The position numbers and the translations under genes were made by a program. The notes below the pieces were generated by a model. It ran no database searches and was not told where the DNA came from. It saw nothing but the letters and a program-made list of their open reading frames with translations. This document shows, piece by piece, positions 8,777 through 17,703 of a stretch of DNA of 64,000 nucleotides. The stretch's first letter is position 1. Each line of letters starts with the position of its first letter. This stretch comes from a virus: the IMG/VR virus record IMGVR_UViG_3300045051_000846; one strand, given 5' to 3'.

Positions 8777-9295
8777 ATGCCCCCCGACGTGCCCCCGCTC
8801 GCGGACCAGGAGGCCGAGGGCCAGTTCCGCGAGGAGATCGGCCGGATCGTCGACGGCGTGGTCGAGGACATTCGGTCCGGGCACGTCGGCGACCGGAACA
8901 CCGCCCGCTCCCAGAGCGAGGCGGTCGCGTACCAGAGCCGGTACGCCAAGGAGTTCGCCTCGGCGGTCGAGGCGATCAGGTACGGATGCGGGAGCGACCT
9001 GAAGTTGCAGGTGCGGTGGCTGGCGGCCAAGATCGTCTGGGCCGCCGTCCGCCGCGAACTGCACGGCCGCCCCGAGTACAAGGCCCTGTCGAAGGAGACG
9101 AACGCCGATGGCAAAGAAGACCGAAAGCAAGTCGACGAAGCCCGCCGCCAAGCCGGCCGGGAAGAAGCCCGCCGCCAAGCCGGCGGCCACGCGGCCGAGC
9201 CCGGCCGTGAAGGAGAAGAAGAAGCCGATCGTCCCGCCGGTCCTCAAGGACGGGCACCAGATGACGGAGAAGAAGCTGGCGGGGATGCGGCGTAA
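8777..9295 (+). CDS. hypothetical protein
   Basis: ATG directly follows the AAAA-N4-TTTT motif; 3' end overlaps next gene. Confidence 0.55.
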   Translation: MPPDVPPLADQEAEGQFREEIGRIVDGVVEDIRSGHVGDRNTARSQSEAVAYQSRYAKEFASAVEAIRYGCGSDLKLQVRWLAAKIVWAAVRRELHGRPEYKALSKETNADGKEDRKQVDEARRQAGREEARRQAGGHAAEPGREGEEEADRPAGPQGRAPDDGEEAGGDAA

Positions 9296-10082
9296 GGACA
9301 AGTCGATCGAGTTCCTGCTCCGCTACCCGCTCGACTTCTTCATGCAGAACTCGGACTGCGAGGACGCGGTCGACGACGACGTGAAGGCCCGCGCCTGCCC
9401 GCCCGGGTACATCGCGTTCGAGACGGACCTGACGCCGTACGCGGTCAACGAGCGGAAGCGGGAGATCGACCTGCGGGTGGTCACCTGGGTCGAGAAGGCC
9501 CCGGAGGAGCCGGCGGAGGCCGAGCCCGCGCCGCCGGCCGGGCTGACCGGCTCGTCCGGCGGGTTCGACGACCGCCCGCCGGGCGAGTTCCGCGACACGT
9601 CCGCCGAGGAGGCCGCCGACGCGAGCCGGCAGGCGTCCGAGTACGCGGCCGGCGAGCTGGAGCGCAAGAAGGCCGGCGAGGAGAAGGCCGAGTACGTGCC
9701 GGTGAAGGCCACCGTCCACTCCGACGACCGGGAGGCCACGGCCACGTTCGACGCCGCCCCGTGGTTCGAGCAGGCGACCGAGGACGACATCCTGAACCTG
9801 GCCCGGGAGGAGTACAAGTACGAGGCCACGTCCGACCGCGTCGCCGAGTTCATGGCCGCCCGGCTCGGGGAGGTCAAGGAGGTGATGGACTACGTCGGCG
9901 AGCGGAACACGCGGCTGAAGGCCGACGGCAAGGAGGAGGAGGGGTTCGGCTGCGCCGTCACCGAGGACGACGTGCTGGAGTGGGTGGAGGCCAACCGCCC
10001 CTACCTCCTGCCGAAGCTGGCCGAGATCAAGGAGGGCAAGGACGAGATGGAGCCGGTCACGACGGCGAACATGCCGGAGTGA
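9108..10082 (+). CDS. hypothetical protein, K/P/A-rich N-terminus and acidic C-terminus
   Basis: ORF track; codon usage. Confidence 0.75.
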   Translation: MAKKTESKSTKPAAKPAGKKPAAKPAATRPSPAVKEKKKPIVPPVLKDGHQMTEKKLAGMRRKDKSIEFLLRYPLDFFMQNSDCEDAVDDDVKARACPPGYIAFETDLTPYAVNERKREIDLRVVTWVEKAPEEPAEAEPAPPAGLTGSSGGFDDRPPGEFRDTSAEEAADASRQASEYAAGELERKKAGEEKAEYVPVKATVHSDDREATATFDAAPWFEQATEDDILNLAREEYKYEATSDRVAEFMAARLGEVKEVMDYVGERNTRLKADGKEEEGFGCAVTEDDVLEWVEANRPYLLPKLAEIKEGKDEMEPVTTANMPE

Positions 10083-10104
10083 CGACGGCCGCGTAGGGCA
10101 CCCC

Positions 10105-10126
10105 GGGGCGGGCTCCGGCCCGCCCC
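10105..10126. repeat. 22-nt hairpin GGGGCGGGC-TCCG-GCCCGCCCC, copy 1
   Basis: identical to 41179-41200; intergenic. Confidence 0.8.
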
Positions 10127-10141
10127 GTTCGGAGGGACCGC

Positions 10142-10471
10142 ATGATCCGGCAGAGTACGCTCCTGGCCCTGCTCGCCGCCAACACGGAGAAGTCGGAGGC
10201 CGTGAAACGGTACGAGGCCGCCCGCCGGGCGGTGCTGGTGGAGGCGGCCAAGGGCGGGCGCAAGGTCGAGCCCGGGGAGATGGGCGTCGAGATCAAGGAC
10301 CGCGTCTCGAAGCACGTCACCATGGCCGACGTCAAGAAGGTGCTGGGGGCGGACGCCGCGGCCCTGCTGGAGGCGTCCATCAAGCCGCGGACGAGCACCT
10401 ACGTCACGCTGACCTACTCCGACACCGGCAAGCCGGTGTTCGAGCACAAGCCGCCGAAGGGGAAGACATGA
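10142..10471 (+). CDS. hypothetical protein
   Basis: SD GGAGG upstream; ORF track. Confidence 0.7.
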   Translation: MIRQSTLLALLAANTEKSEAVKRYEAARRAVLVEAAKGGRKVEPGEMGVEIKDRVSKHVTMADVKKVLGADAAALLEASIKPRTSTYVTLTYSDTGKPVFEHKPPKGKT

Positions 10472-10917
10472 CCGGTAAGGAACAGGCCGACCTGTACGAG
10501 CGGCGGGCCGCCAACCTGGCGTACCTGCTGAAGACCGCCGGGCACACCACCCGGCACGTGTTCGACGCGGCGTTCAAGGACGCCCTGGACGAGATCAAGG
10601 TGGCGGTCGGCATCCTCCGCGACTCGCACACCAAGGTCGGCGAGGACGACCTGTACGTCGGCCCGGTGGCGCACCGCTACCTCGTCCTCCCCTGGGTGGA
10701 GTACGACAACCAGGTCGACGAGGTGAACCCGGACGACTCGGAGACGGGCACGTCGGACCTCGAATCCGCCCGGCTGATCGTCGAGGAGCACGTGTTCCAG
10801 GAGGCCCGCCCGGACTACACGTACCGGTGCGTGGTGTACGACCTGGACGAGAAGAAGGAGCTGGACTGGCACGCGGTCCAGGAGATCAGGTGGGGCGACC
10901 GCCCCCGGAAAGGCTGA
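10468..10917 (+). CDS. hypothetical protein
   Basis: ATGA coupling; ORF track. Confidence 0.7.
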   Translation: MTGKEQADLYERRAANLAYLLKTAGHTTRHVFDAAFKDALDEIKVAVGILRDSHTKVGEDDLYVGPVAHRYLVLPWVEYDNQVDEVNPDDSETGTSDLESARLIVEEHVFQEARPDYTYRCVVYDLDEKKELDWHAVQEIRWGDRPRKG

Positions 10918-10918
10918 C

Positions 10919-12118
10919 ATGGCCCGACTCGACGCGATGACGGTGGTGATCCGCACCGACCCGGCCGGCGGCATCGTCGGGGTGTACTCCGCCCTGCCGC
11001 TCAAGGTCGTGAAGCTGAGCACCGACAACACCGGCGGCCTGCTGCCGACGAAGAAGCCGGACGACCTGACGCTGGACGTGATGGAGAAGGTGGTGACGGT
11101 GCTGGACCCGTACGTCCACCTCACCCTGGCCCAGCGGAAGGCCATCGTCGACGCCGCCGTCGAGAACCTGGACGAGACGCTGGAGGAACGCCGCGACCGC
11201 CGCAACTTCCTCCGCGGCCACGTCGAGGCGTTGCCGATCGACGACCAGCTGGAGACGATCTCGTCCGACGAGGACGTCGTCAGCACCACGCTCGGGTTCG
11301 ACCCGGAGACCGGGTTCGAGTACACCGGCGAGGCGGACGACGAGGAACCGCCGGAGCAGCTGGTGTGGGTGCCGGAGAACACCACTGGCGTCTGGCACTG
11401 GCTGCGGCAGGCGGCGGTCGAGCCGGAGGACCGGACGCAACCGATGCGGACGGCGTACGGCGCGTGTAAACAGCCGATTTGGTTCGAGGCCAAGCTCACG
11501 GCCGGCGTGCCGGCCGGCGACGTGCCGGCGAATGACGGGCGGTTCGTGTGCAACACGTGCACGGCGGCGATGCGGCTGTACGTGGCCCGCAGCCAGGCCC
11601 TGTGCGTCGACGGGCACAAGGCCGACGACCACGGGTTCTGCGGCGACGGTAACCTGCCGCCGTTCGCCGTGTTCGACGCCGACAGGCAGCAGAACGTCGC
11701 CGGGCCGTTCCAGACCCGGGCCGTCGCCGAGGCACACCGGCTGGAGATTCTGGCCGGGGCTGAGCCGCGGCTGGACGCGGCGGCCATGTCCGCGGCGATC
11801 GGGGCGTTCGACGCGGCCCGGGAGCGGCCCCGGCCCAAGAAGCTGAAGACCCTGTTCTGGGGCCGCACGAACGGCCAGGAGAAGGTGTGGCACGCCTTCC
11901 TGACCGCCCCGACCCTCCTGCCGCGGGAGAAGTCGACGGTCAGCAAGGGTTTCAAGATGAAGAAGTACGTCGGCGACACCGTCTGCGGCGTCCCCGGGAC
12001 GGAAGTCGTCGGCGTCACCGACATGGCGTTGGGGGACACGCCGGAGCCGAGCCGGCCCGACGGGCTGTGCCTCAACTGCCGGGACCGGATGCGAACCCTG
12101 GAGCGAGACAACCAGTGA
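10919..12118 (+). CDS. hypothetical multi-domain protein with Cys motifs
   Basis: ORF track; CNTC, CGV...CLNC. Confidence 0.7.
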   Translation: MARLDAMTVVIRTDPAGGIVGVYSALPLKVVKLSTDNTGGLLPTKKPDDLTLDVMEKVVTVLDPYVHLTLAQRKAIVDAAVENLDETLEERRDRRNFLRGHVEALPIDDQLETISSDEDVVSTTLGFDPETGFEYTGEADDEEPPEQLVWVPENTTGVWHWLRQAAVEPEDRTQPMRTAYGACKQPIWFEAKLTAGVPAGDVPANDGRFVCNTCTAAMRLYVARSQALCVDGHKADDHGFCGDGNLPPFAVFDADRQQNVAGPFQTRAVAEAHRLEILAGAEPRLDAAAMSAAIGAFDAARERPRPKKLKTLFWGRTNGQEKVWHAFLTAPTLLPREKSTVSKGFKMKKYVGDTVCGVPGTEVVGVTDMALGDTPEPSRPDGLCLNCRDRMRTLERDNQ

Positions 12119-12657
12119 ACCCGTACTCGATCGGCGTCGGGGTGTTCGTCAAGCACCCCCAGACGAACCGCGTGCTCGTCGGCCGGCGGGGGCCGAAGTG
12201 CGCCCGCGGGGCCGGGTGCCTGGCCCTGCCCGGGGGGAAGGTGGACCCGGGCGAGACGATCGTCCAGTGCGTCCTCCGCGAGGTGAAGGACGAGACGGAC
12301 CTGGCGGTGGAGCTCTCCGGCGGCCCGCCGCCGGACCCCCGCCGCCACGGCCCGCACTACTACCAGCCGCCGTTCCGGGTGCCGGGGCTGCTGGCCGTGA
12401 CGGACCACCTCGACCCGCAGCAGCAGCTCGACGGCGACCTGCTGCCGCACCTGTCGCTGTGGGTGATGACGCTCTACGCCGGCGGGGAGCCGTTCCCCGT
12501 CGAGCGGGAGAAGGGGAAGTGCGACTGGTGGCAGTGGATGTCGTTGCCGGAGATCGCCGCCTTCCGCGGCGTCAACGACCCCACCCACCCGCAATACTAC
12601 TGGACGCCGATGCCGCTCTGGCGGCACATCCTGCGTCCCTACTTCGGGGAGTTCTGA
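12115..12657 (+). CDS. Nudix hydrolase
   Basis: Nudix box GGKVDPGETIVQCVLREVKDETDL (variant of GX5EX7REUXEEXGU). Confidence 0.88.
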   Translation: MNPYSIGVGVFVKHPQTNRVLVGRRGPKCARGAGCLALPGGKVDPGETIVQCVLREVKDETDLAVELSGGPPPDPRRHGPHYYQPPFRVPGLLAVTDHLDPQQQLDGDLLPHLSLWVMTLYAGGEPFPVEREKGKCDWWQWMSLPEIAAFRGVNDPTHPQYYWTPMPLWRHILRPYFGEF

Positions 12658-13154
12658 TGTACCTGCTGTTCGTGGTTGGGCAGGACGAGGACGACGAGCC
12701 CGAGTCGACGATGAACACCCGCGTCGCCGTCATCCCGCAGCGGCCCGGCGTCGGCCGACTCAGCCGGGCGGAGGCCGACGAGCTGCGGCGGGAGTTCTAC
12801 CAGAAGTACGCCGTGAGCCTGACCAAGACGCACGGCCTCAACAAGCACGTGGCCGTGTCCGTCGCGGAGTGGTTGCTGACGGCCGCGGCCGGCGACTACC
12901 TTCTGGTGCCGGCCGTCCAGTCGTGCCCGGCGATGACGCTCATCCTGCTCGACGGCAAGCGGGCGATCGACAAGACGTGGGTCGTCGTCGAGAAGATGCC
13001 CGTCCCCCGCCTGGTGCGGAACGACGACGACGAGGCGGACGACGACGCCGAGGAAGAAGACCCCGGCGAGAACCGAACGTACCTCGACGAGGAAGACGAC
13101 GACGAAGACCCGCCGCGGAAGAAGCCGCCCCGGGACAAGAAGAAACGGAGGTAA
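12657..13154 (+). CDS. hypothetical protein (paralog of next gene)
   Basis: TGATG coupling; EWL..A..GD.L.lP motif. Confidence 0.7.
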   Translation: MYLLFVVGQDEDDEPESTMNTRVAVIPQRPGVGRLSRAEADELRREFYQKYAVSLTKTHGLNKHVAVSVAEWLLTAAAGDYLLVPAVQSCPAMTLILLDGKRAIDKTWVVVEKMPVPRLVRNDDDEADDDAEEEDPGENRTYLDEEDDDEDPPRKKPPRDKKKRR

Positions 13155-13156
13155 CC

Positions 13157-13552
13157 GTGTACCTGCTCGCGTTCCGGGGCGACACCACCTCGGAGGACGT
13201 CAAACTGATGGTGATCTCGTCGGGCTCGCAGGAGAACGCCGCCGAGCGGGTCAGGATGAAGCTCAACCTGACCGGCGAGCACCGCGACAAGATCGACGAG
13301 TGGCTGAAGGCCGCGATGCCGGGCGACGTCCTCTTTCTGCCGGACCGCCTGACCGACAGCGGGACGGACGAGACGCAGGAGGACAACCACGCCATCGTCT
13401 ACGTCGGGGCCGACTACACCCCGACCGTCAGCCGCCTGGTCGTGCGCACGGTCGTGCGGCGGGAGACCACCGTCAGCCTCGACAAGCTGCCGGTGGGCGA
13501 GAAGACCGTGAAGCCGGGCGACCTGAAGAAGGGCAAGAACAAGAAGCGGTAG
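13157..13552 (+). CDS. hypothetical protein (paralog of previous gene)
   Basis: SD GGAGG, GTG 13157; same motif as previous gene. Confidence 0.7.
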   Translation: MYLLAFRGDTTSEDVKLMVISSGSQENAAERVRMKLNLTGEHRDKIDEWLKAAMPGDVLFLPDRLTDSGTDETQEDNHAIVYVGADYTPTVSRLVVRTVVRRETTVSLDKLPVGEKTVKPGDLKKGKNKKR

Positions 13553-13556
13553 GGAT

Positions 13557-13575
13557 CTCAAAACCACTTTTGGGG
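13557..13575 (-). repeat. dispersed motif site 3: CCCCAAAAGTGGTTTTGAG (minus)
   Basis: intergenic; inverted orientation. Confidence 0.9.
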
Positions 13576-13584
13576 AGTCGCGTC

Positions 13585-13761
13585 ATGCCGCAGGAGAAGG
13601 TGTTCACGTCGTTCGCCGAGCTGGCCGACCACGCCCGGTTCCAGGCCAGCAAGCACAAGGGGCGGGAGGTCCACAAGCTCCCGCCCCCGACCGCGCTGCC
13701 CGAGAAGAAGAAGTACGCGAAGGCCGTCGCCCCCGGCCGGCTGAACCGCCGGAAGGGCTGA
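13585..13761 (+). CDS. small basic protein
   Basis: SD GGGGAG, ATG 13585; followed by a terminator. Confidence 0.6.
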   Translation: MPQEKVFTSFAELADHARFQASKHKGREVHKLPPPTALPEKKKYAKAVAPGRLNRRKG

Positions 13762-13781
13762 CGACGGTCCGGCAGACTGAC

Positions 13782-13809
13782 ACCCCGGCGTGACCCGCCG
13801 GGGTTTTTT
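13782..13809 (+). terminator. intrinsic terminator
   Basis: CCCCGGCG-TGACC-CGCCGGGG followed by TTTTTT. Confidence 0.85.
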
Positions 13810-13830
13810 CGTAAACGGAGCGTTACCGCG

Positions 13831-14703
13831 ATGGGGCACAAGAAGCGCAAGACCAAGCTGACCGGCATCGTGTTCAACGGCCCGGTCCACATCGACACCG
13901 TCAACAACAACATCTTCAACAACACCGACCCGACGGCCAAGCCGACGGACCAGGAGGCGTTGGAGCGGGCCGGCGACGGGTTCAAGCCGGGGCCGGGGGC
14001 CGAGTTCAGCGACGAATCGGACCTCGGCAGTATCGAGGACGACGAGGCGGAGGGGAACGCCTGCAAGGCGTCGTGCGAGGTGTCGGCCGAGTGGGTTCAC
14101 GCCCCGTGCGTCATCTTCCGGGCGAACGGCGCGTGGTTCAACAACGCCGCCATCCTGGCGTACGGCCTGCGGTACGGGATGCAGATCATCCCCACGCACC
14201 CGACCGACTGGCGAGCCGTCCGCTTCTTCCTGGGGGCGGAGAACTTCGCCAACCACAACGCCCGCAACAAGACCGGCCACTACTCCATGGAGGTCGAGCA
14301 CAACGACCGGCCGTACCTGCTGGAGGACCAGGAGGGGTGGAAGACGCACGTCGACCGCACCGGCCTCGACGGCAGGCCGTATGCCAACCCGTCGTGGAAG
14401 CTGGGGTCCATCCGGGCGTCGACGCGGACGGGGCGGTTCCCGCTGACGCACAAGCGGCCCGACCTGATCGGCAAGATCGGCCGCCTGTACGTCGACCGAC
14501 GCTACCACAACACGCTCGTGCTGCCGGGCGGCCGGCGGGAGAAGGCGTACTACGTTCTGTACACGCGGGTCGCCGAGTTGAAGGAGATCCCGCGGAACGT
14601 GGCCGACAAGCTGGGGTTCCCGTTCAAGGACTACCTGATCAGGAAAGCCCGGGAGGTGGCCCGCCTCCCGGAAGACCTGCTGTTCGAGCCGTCGCCGAAC
14701 TGA
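13831..14703 (+). CDS. hypothetical protein
   Basis: ORF track; codon usage. Confidence 0.75.
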   Translation: MGHKKRKTKLTGIVFNGPVHIDTVNNNIFNNTDPTAKPTDQEALERAGDGFKPGPGAEFSDESDLGSIEDDEAEGNACKASCEVSAEWVHAPCVIFRANGAWFNNAAILAYGLRYGMQIIPTHPTDWRAVRFFLGAENFANHNARNKTGHYSMEVEHNDRPYLLEDQEGWKTHVDRTGLDGRPYANPSWKLGSIRASTRTGRFPLTHKRPDLIGKIGRLYVDRRYHNTLVLPGGRREKAYYVLYTRVAELKEIPRNVADKLGFPFKDYLIRKAREVARLPEDLLFEPSPN

Positions 14704-15936
14704 CTACCGGACCCCGGCGTACTGGGCGGCGATGGCCTCCATCTGGGCCTGCGTGAGGCCCTGCTTGGCCGCCGCCGCCTTCTTCATCGCCGGGGCGATG
14801 CCGTTGTCGCTCAGCAGCCCGTCGAGCATCTGGGCGTCGGGCCGGGGCAGGGTCGCCACCTCCTCGGCCATCTTCTCGGGGTCGAGGTCGCCGAGCGGGG
14901 TGGTCACCCGGCCGACGAACTCGTCGCCGAACAGGGCGCGGAGGTCGGCGACCGGCAGCCGCCGGAAGGCCGACTTCTCGTAGCAGTTCCCCGTCGTGGT
15001 GGCGACGTGCTGGGCGAGGTCGCCCGCCACCTTGTTGAACGTCGTCCCGAAGATGACGTCCTCCGGCCGCGGGAGGCCGTCGCTGTACTTGCCGACGAGG
15101 CCCAGGTTGCGGTCGAGCTGGTCGACGGTCGTCGCCAGCTTGACCAGCATGTCCGGGTGGAGGGCCTGGCGGGGCGACTCCCGCACCGTCTCGGCCATCT
15201 TGGTGAACATGGCCCGCAGCCCGCCCTGCGGCTTGCCGTCCGCGTCGAACGTGACCCCGGCGTCCTGGGGCACCAGGTAGGCCCGCTTCTCGATCATCGC
15301 CACCACCTCGGCCGGGTCGCACACCCCGCGGCCGGCCTGGCGGTCCAGGAACTCCCGGTGCTCGGTGATCGCGGCCCCGAAGCTCGCGGCCTTCTCCAGG
15401 ATCTTCTTCGCCATCGCGTGGCGGGCCGGGAACGGGAGCTGGTCGCGGTACTGGTGGACCCACTCGGCCGCGGCCTTCACCTCCATCGCCGACCGCAGCG
15501 GGTACTGGCGGGTCTTGGCCCCGGTCGCGTCGTCCACCCACACGTAGGCGTACGCCGAGTCCGGCAGCTGGTCGTCGGCGGACTTGTGCAGTTCGGTCCA
15601 CCGGGCCACAATCGCGTCGCAGGCGGCCTTGATCCCCCACTGGCCGGCGAACGTCGCCAGCCGCTTCTCGATGTGGACGCGGTGCTTCGGGTGGAATTCG
15701 GCCCGCTTCTCCTGGTAAAACAGGTGGCTCAGCCAGCAGGCGGCCTTGGTGTGACACCAGAACTGCTTGTTGACCGGGTCGGCACAGACCGAGACCGGCG
15801 TGCCCTGCGGCACCTGGAGGCTGTTCGTCGGGCTCGCCGTCTTGACGAAGTCGGGGAAGGCGTAGGTCTTCGCAAGGCGGCGAAGCTCGACCCCGCCGCT
15901 GGCGACGTCCGCCACGTGGTCCATCATGGAAGGCAT
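14704..15936 (-). CDS. hypothetical protein (one of only two minus-strand genes)
   Basis: long ORF with coding-like composition; start at 15936 or 15927. Confidence 0.8.
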   Translation of the reverse strand: MPSMMDHVADVASGGVELRRLAKTYAFPDFVKTASPTNSLQVPQGTPVSVCADPVNKQFWCHTKAACWLSHLFYQEKRAEFHPKHRVHIEKRLATFAGQWGIKAACDAIVARWTELHKSADDQLPDSAYAYVWVDDATGAKTRQYPLRSAMEVKAAAEWVHQYRDQLPFPARHAMAKKILEKAASFGAAITEHREFLDRQAGRGVCDPAEVVAMIEKRAYLVPQDAGVTFDADGKPQGGLRAMFTKMAETVRESPRQALHPDMLVKLATTVDQLDRNLGLVGKYSDGLPRPEDVIFGTTFNKVAGDLAQHVATTTGNCYEKSAFRRLPVADLRALFGDEFVGRVTTPLGDLDPEKMAEEVATLPRPDAQMLDGLLSDNGIAPAMKKAAAAKQGLTQAQMEAIAAQYAGVR

Positions 15937-15939
15937 GGT

Positions 15940-17574
15940 ATGGGTTCCCTCCGCACCTTGAACGTCCACGCTCCGTGGACCGAGATTTTAGCCGCCGTCG
16001 ACACCCCCGTCGAAGACCGTGCGCTGCCGGCCCGCGTCCGGTGCCCGATGTGCGAGGGTGCCCGCTTGACCATTTACGACGATACCATAAGCGGTGGGGC
16101 TTGGCACTACTGCTTTGACTGCCAGCGGTGCGGCGACATGATCGAGCTAGCCGCGGCCGTGTGGAAGGTCAGCCCGGCCGTCGCCGTCCGCCGGCTGGTG
16201 AACGCCGGCATCCCGCTCCCGCCCGACCGGGTCGACGCCGCCACCATCAACCGGTACGTCGTCGCCCACCCCCAGTACCGCAACCGCATGACCGGGTTCT
16301 GGGACAAGTCCCGCGAATACCTGGCGAAGACGGGGAGCCCGGTGCTGACCGGCCTGCGGGAGAAGTTCCGGTTCAACGTCGCCATGTCGCCGAGCCGGTG
16401 GCTGGAGGGGCCGGGCAACATGGTGGGGGCGTACCCGCACCTCGCCATCGAGAGCGTGTTCGCCCCCAAGTCCGTCATCGGCGGGCGGTGCGTCAGCGAC
16501 GTCCGCCTGTTCAAGGGCCGCGGCTGGTCGGACGTGCTGGTGGTGCCGCACTACGACCTGCCGGGCCGGATCTGCGGGTTCCTCCTGGTCGGCCGCAACG
16601 GGCTCCAGGAGGACCGCGTGTTCCGCGTGCCGTGTATGCGGAACCAGAGCCAGAAGCACCCCGGCGGGTACGCCGAGGGCGGGCTGTCGTGCTTCTGGGC
16701 GGTGCAGAACTCCCACGGCATGTTCGGCGACCACGTGGTCGCGTGCGGCGACCCGTTCCTCGCCCTCCGCCTACACGCCCGGCACTTCGCGTCGGCCCGG
16801 ACCGCCCTGCCGCTCGTCGCCTACTACGACGGCAAGACGGCCCGGACCCGGCAGGCGTGGGCGGCCCTGGACCGCAAGACGCCGGTCCTGTGGGGGTGGC
16901 GGCTGACGCCGGCCCTCGTCTTCCAGGCCATCCGGGCGGGCGGCAAGCTGGCGGTCACCGAGCTGTCCGACACGTCCCAGTTCACGGTCGACCACTTCGT
17001 CCGCAACGCCGAGCCCCGGACCATCATCCAGCGGGTCGTGAAGGCGGCCAAGCCGTGGCGGGAGTACCTGAACCACTGGGCGGGCCGGGTGCCGGACGGG
17101 GCGGTCGAGGAGCTGCTGGTGGGGCTGGAGACGTACGGCGTCTCGCCGGACGAGCTGGCCGGCATCGGCCCGGCGTTCGCCGGCACCGAGCGGATCAAGA
17201 CCCGGCCGAAGCAGGCGATGTACGGGTCGATGCTGGTGGCCGAGCGGGACGGGAAGACGTGGCTGATGCCCCGCAACAAGACGGAGGCCGACCGCGGGCC
17301 GGTGCTGCTCCTGAACGCCCTCCTGCGGATCGACGGCACCTCGCTGCTGCGCACGGCGGGCGACGGCGAGCCCATCCCGCAGTACAAGGGGCGGCTCATC
17401 TACCAGGGGACGGAGATCCCGTTCGAGATGAGCGTGAACACGTTCGTCAACCACCTCCCGAAGATGCTCCAGAACATCCTGACCCGCGGCAAGGAGGGGG
17501 CGACGATCTACATCGCCCCGGGGTGGCGGGAGAAGCTGGTCAGCGCGGCCAAACTGCTGACCGGTAACGTCTAG
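15940..17574 (+). CDS. primase-like protein: CHC2-type zinc finger plus degenerate catalytic region
   Basis: RCPMC...WHYCFDC...GDMIEL...W..S...A...L; ICGF...GR; TOPRIM-like strand lacks the acidic residue. Confidence 0.6.
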   Translation: MGSLRTLNVHAPWTEILAAVDTPVEDRALPARVRCPMCEGARLTIYDDTISGGAWHYCFDCQRCGDMIELAAAVWKVSPAVAVRRLVNAGIPLPPDRVDAATINRYVVAHPQYRNRMTGFWDKSREYLAKTGSPVLTGLREKFRFNVAMSPSRWLEGPGNMVGAYPHLAIESVFAPKSVIGGRCVSDVRLFKGRGWSDVLVVPHYDLPGRICGFLLVGRNGLQEDRVFRVPCMRNQSQKHPGGYAEGGLSCFWAVQNSHGMFGDHVVACGDPFLALRLHARHFASARTALPLVAYYDGKTARTRQAWAALDRKTPVLWGWRLTPALVFQAIRAGGKLAVTELSDTSQFTVDHFVRNAEPRTIIQRVVKAAKPWREYLNHWAGRVPDGAVEELLVGLETYGVSPDELAGIGPAFAGTERIKTRPKQAMYGSMLVAERDGKTWLMPRNKTEADRGPVLLLNALLRIDGTSLLRTAGDGEPIPQYKGRLIYQGTEIPFEMSVNTFVNHLPKMLQNILTRGKEGATIYIAPGWREKLVSAAKLLTGNV

Positions 17575-17604
17575 GCGGCCCCAGGACGGGCGATCGGCGG
17601 TCCA

Positions 17605-17622
17605 GACGGCCTCCTGGCCGTC
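17605..17622. terminator. GC hairpin after primase-like gene
   Basis: GACGGCC-TCCT-GGCCGTC; no U-tract. Confidence 0.4.
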
Positions 17623-17659
17623 GGGCCGCCGCGTCGTTTGTAGGGGCCGTTTCTGCCAG

Positions 17660-17695
17660 CAATTCGTAGTAAGTTCATCAACTTAGTAAAGATTG
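17660..17695. promoter_or_regulatory. AT-rich island with inverted repeat TAAGTT-CATC-AACTTA
   Basis: perfect 6-4-6 inverted repeat at 17670-17685, upstream of ATG 17704. Confidence 0.55.
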
Positions 17696-17703
17696 GGGCG
17701 ACA

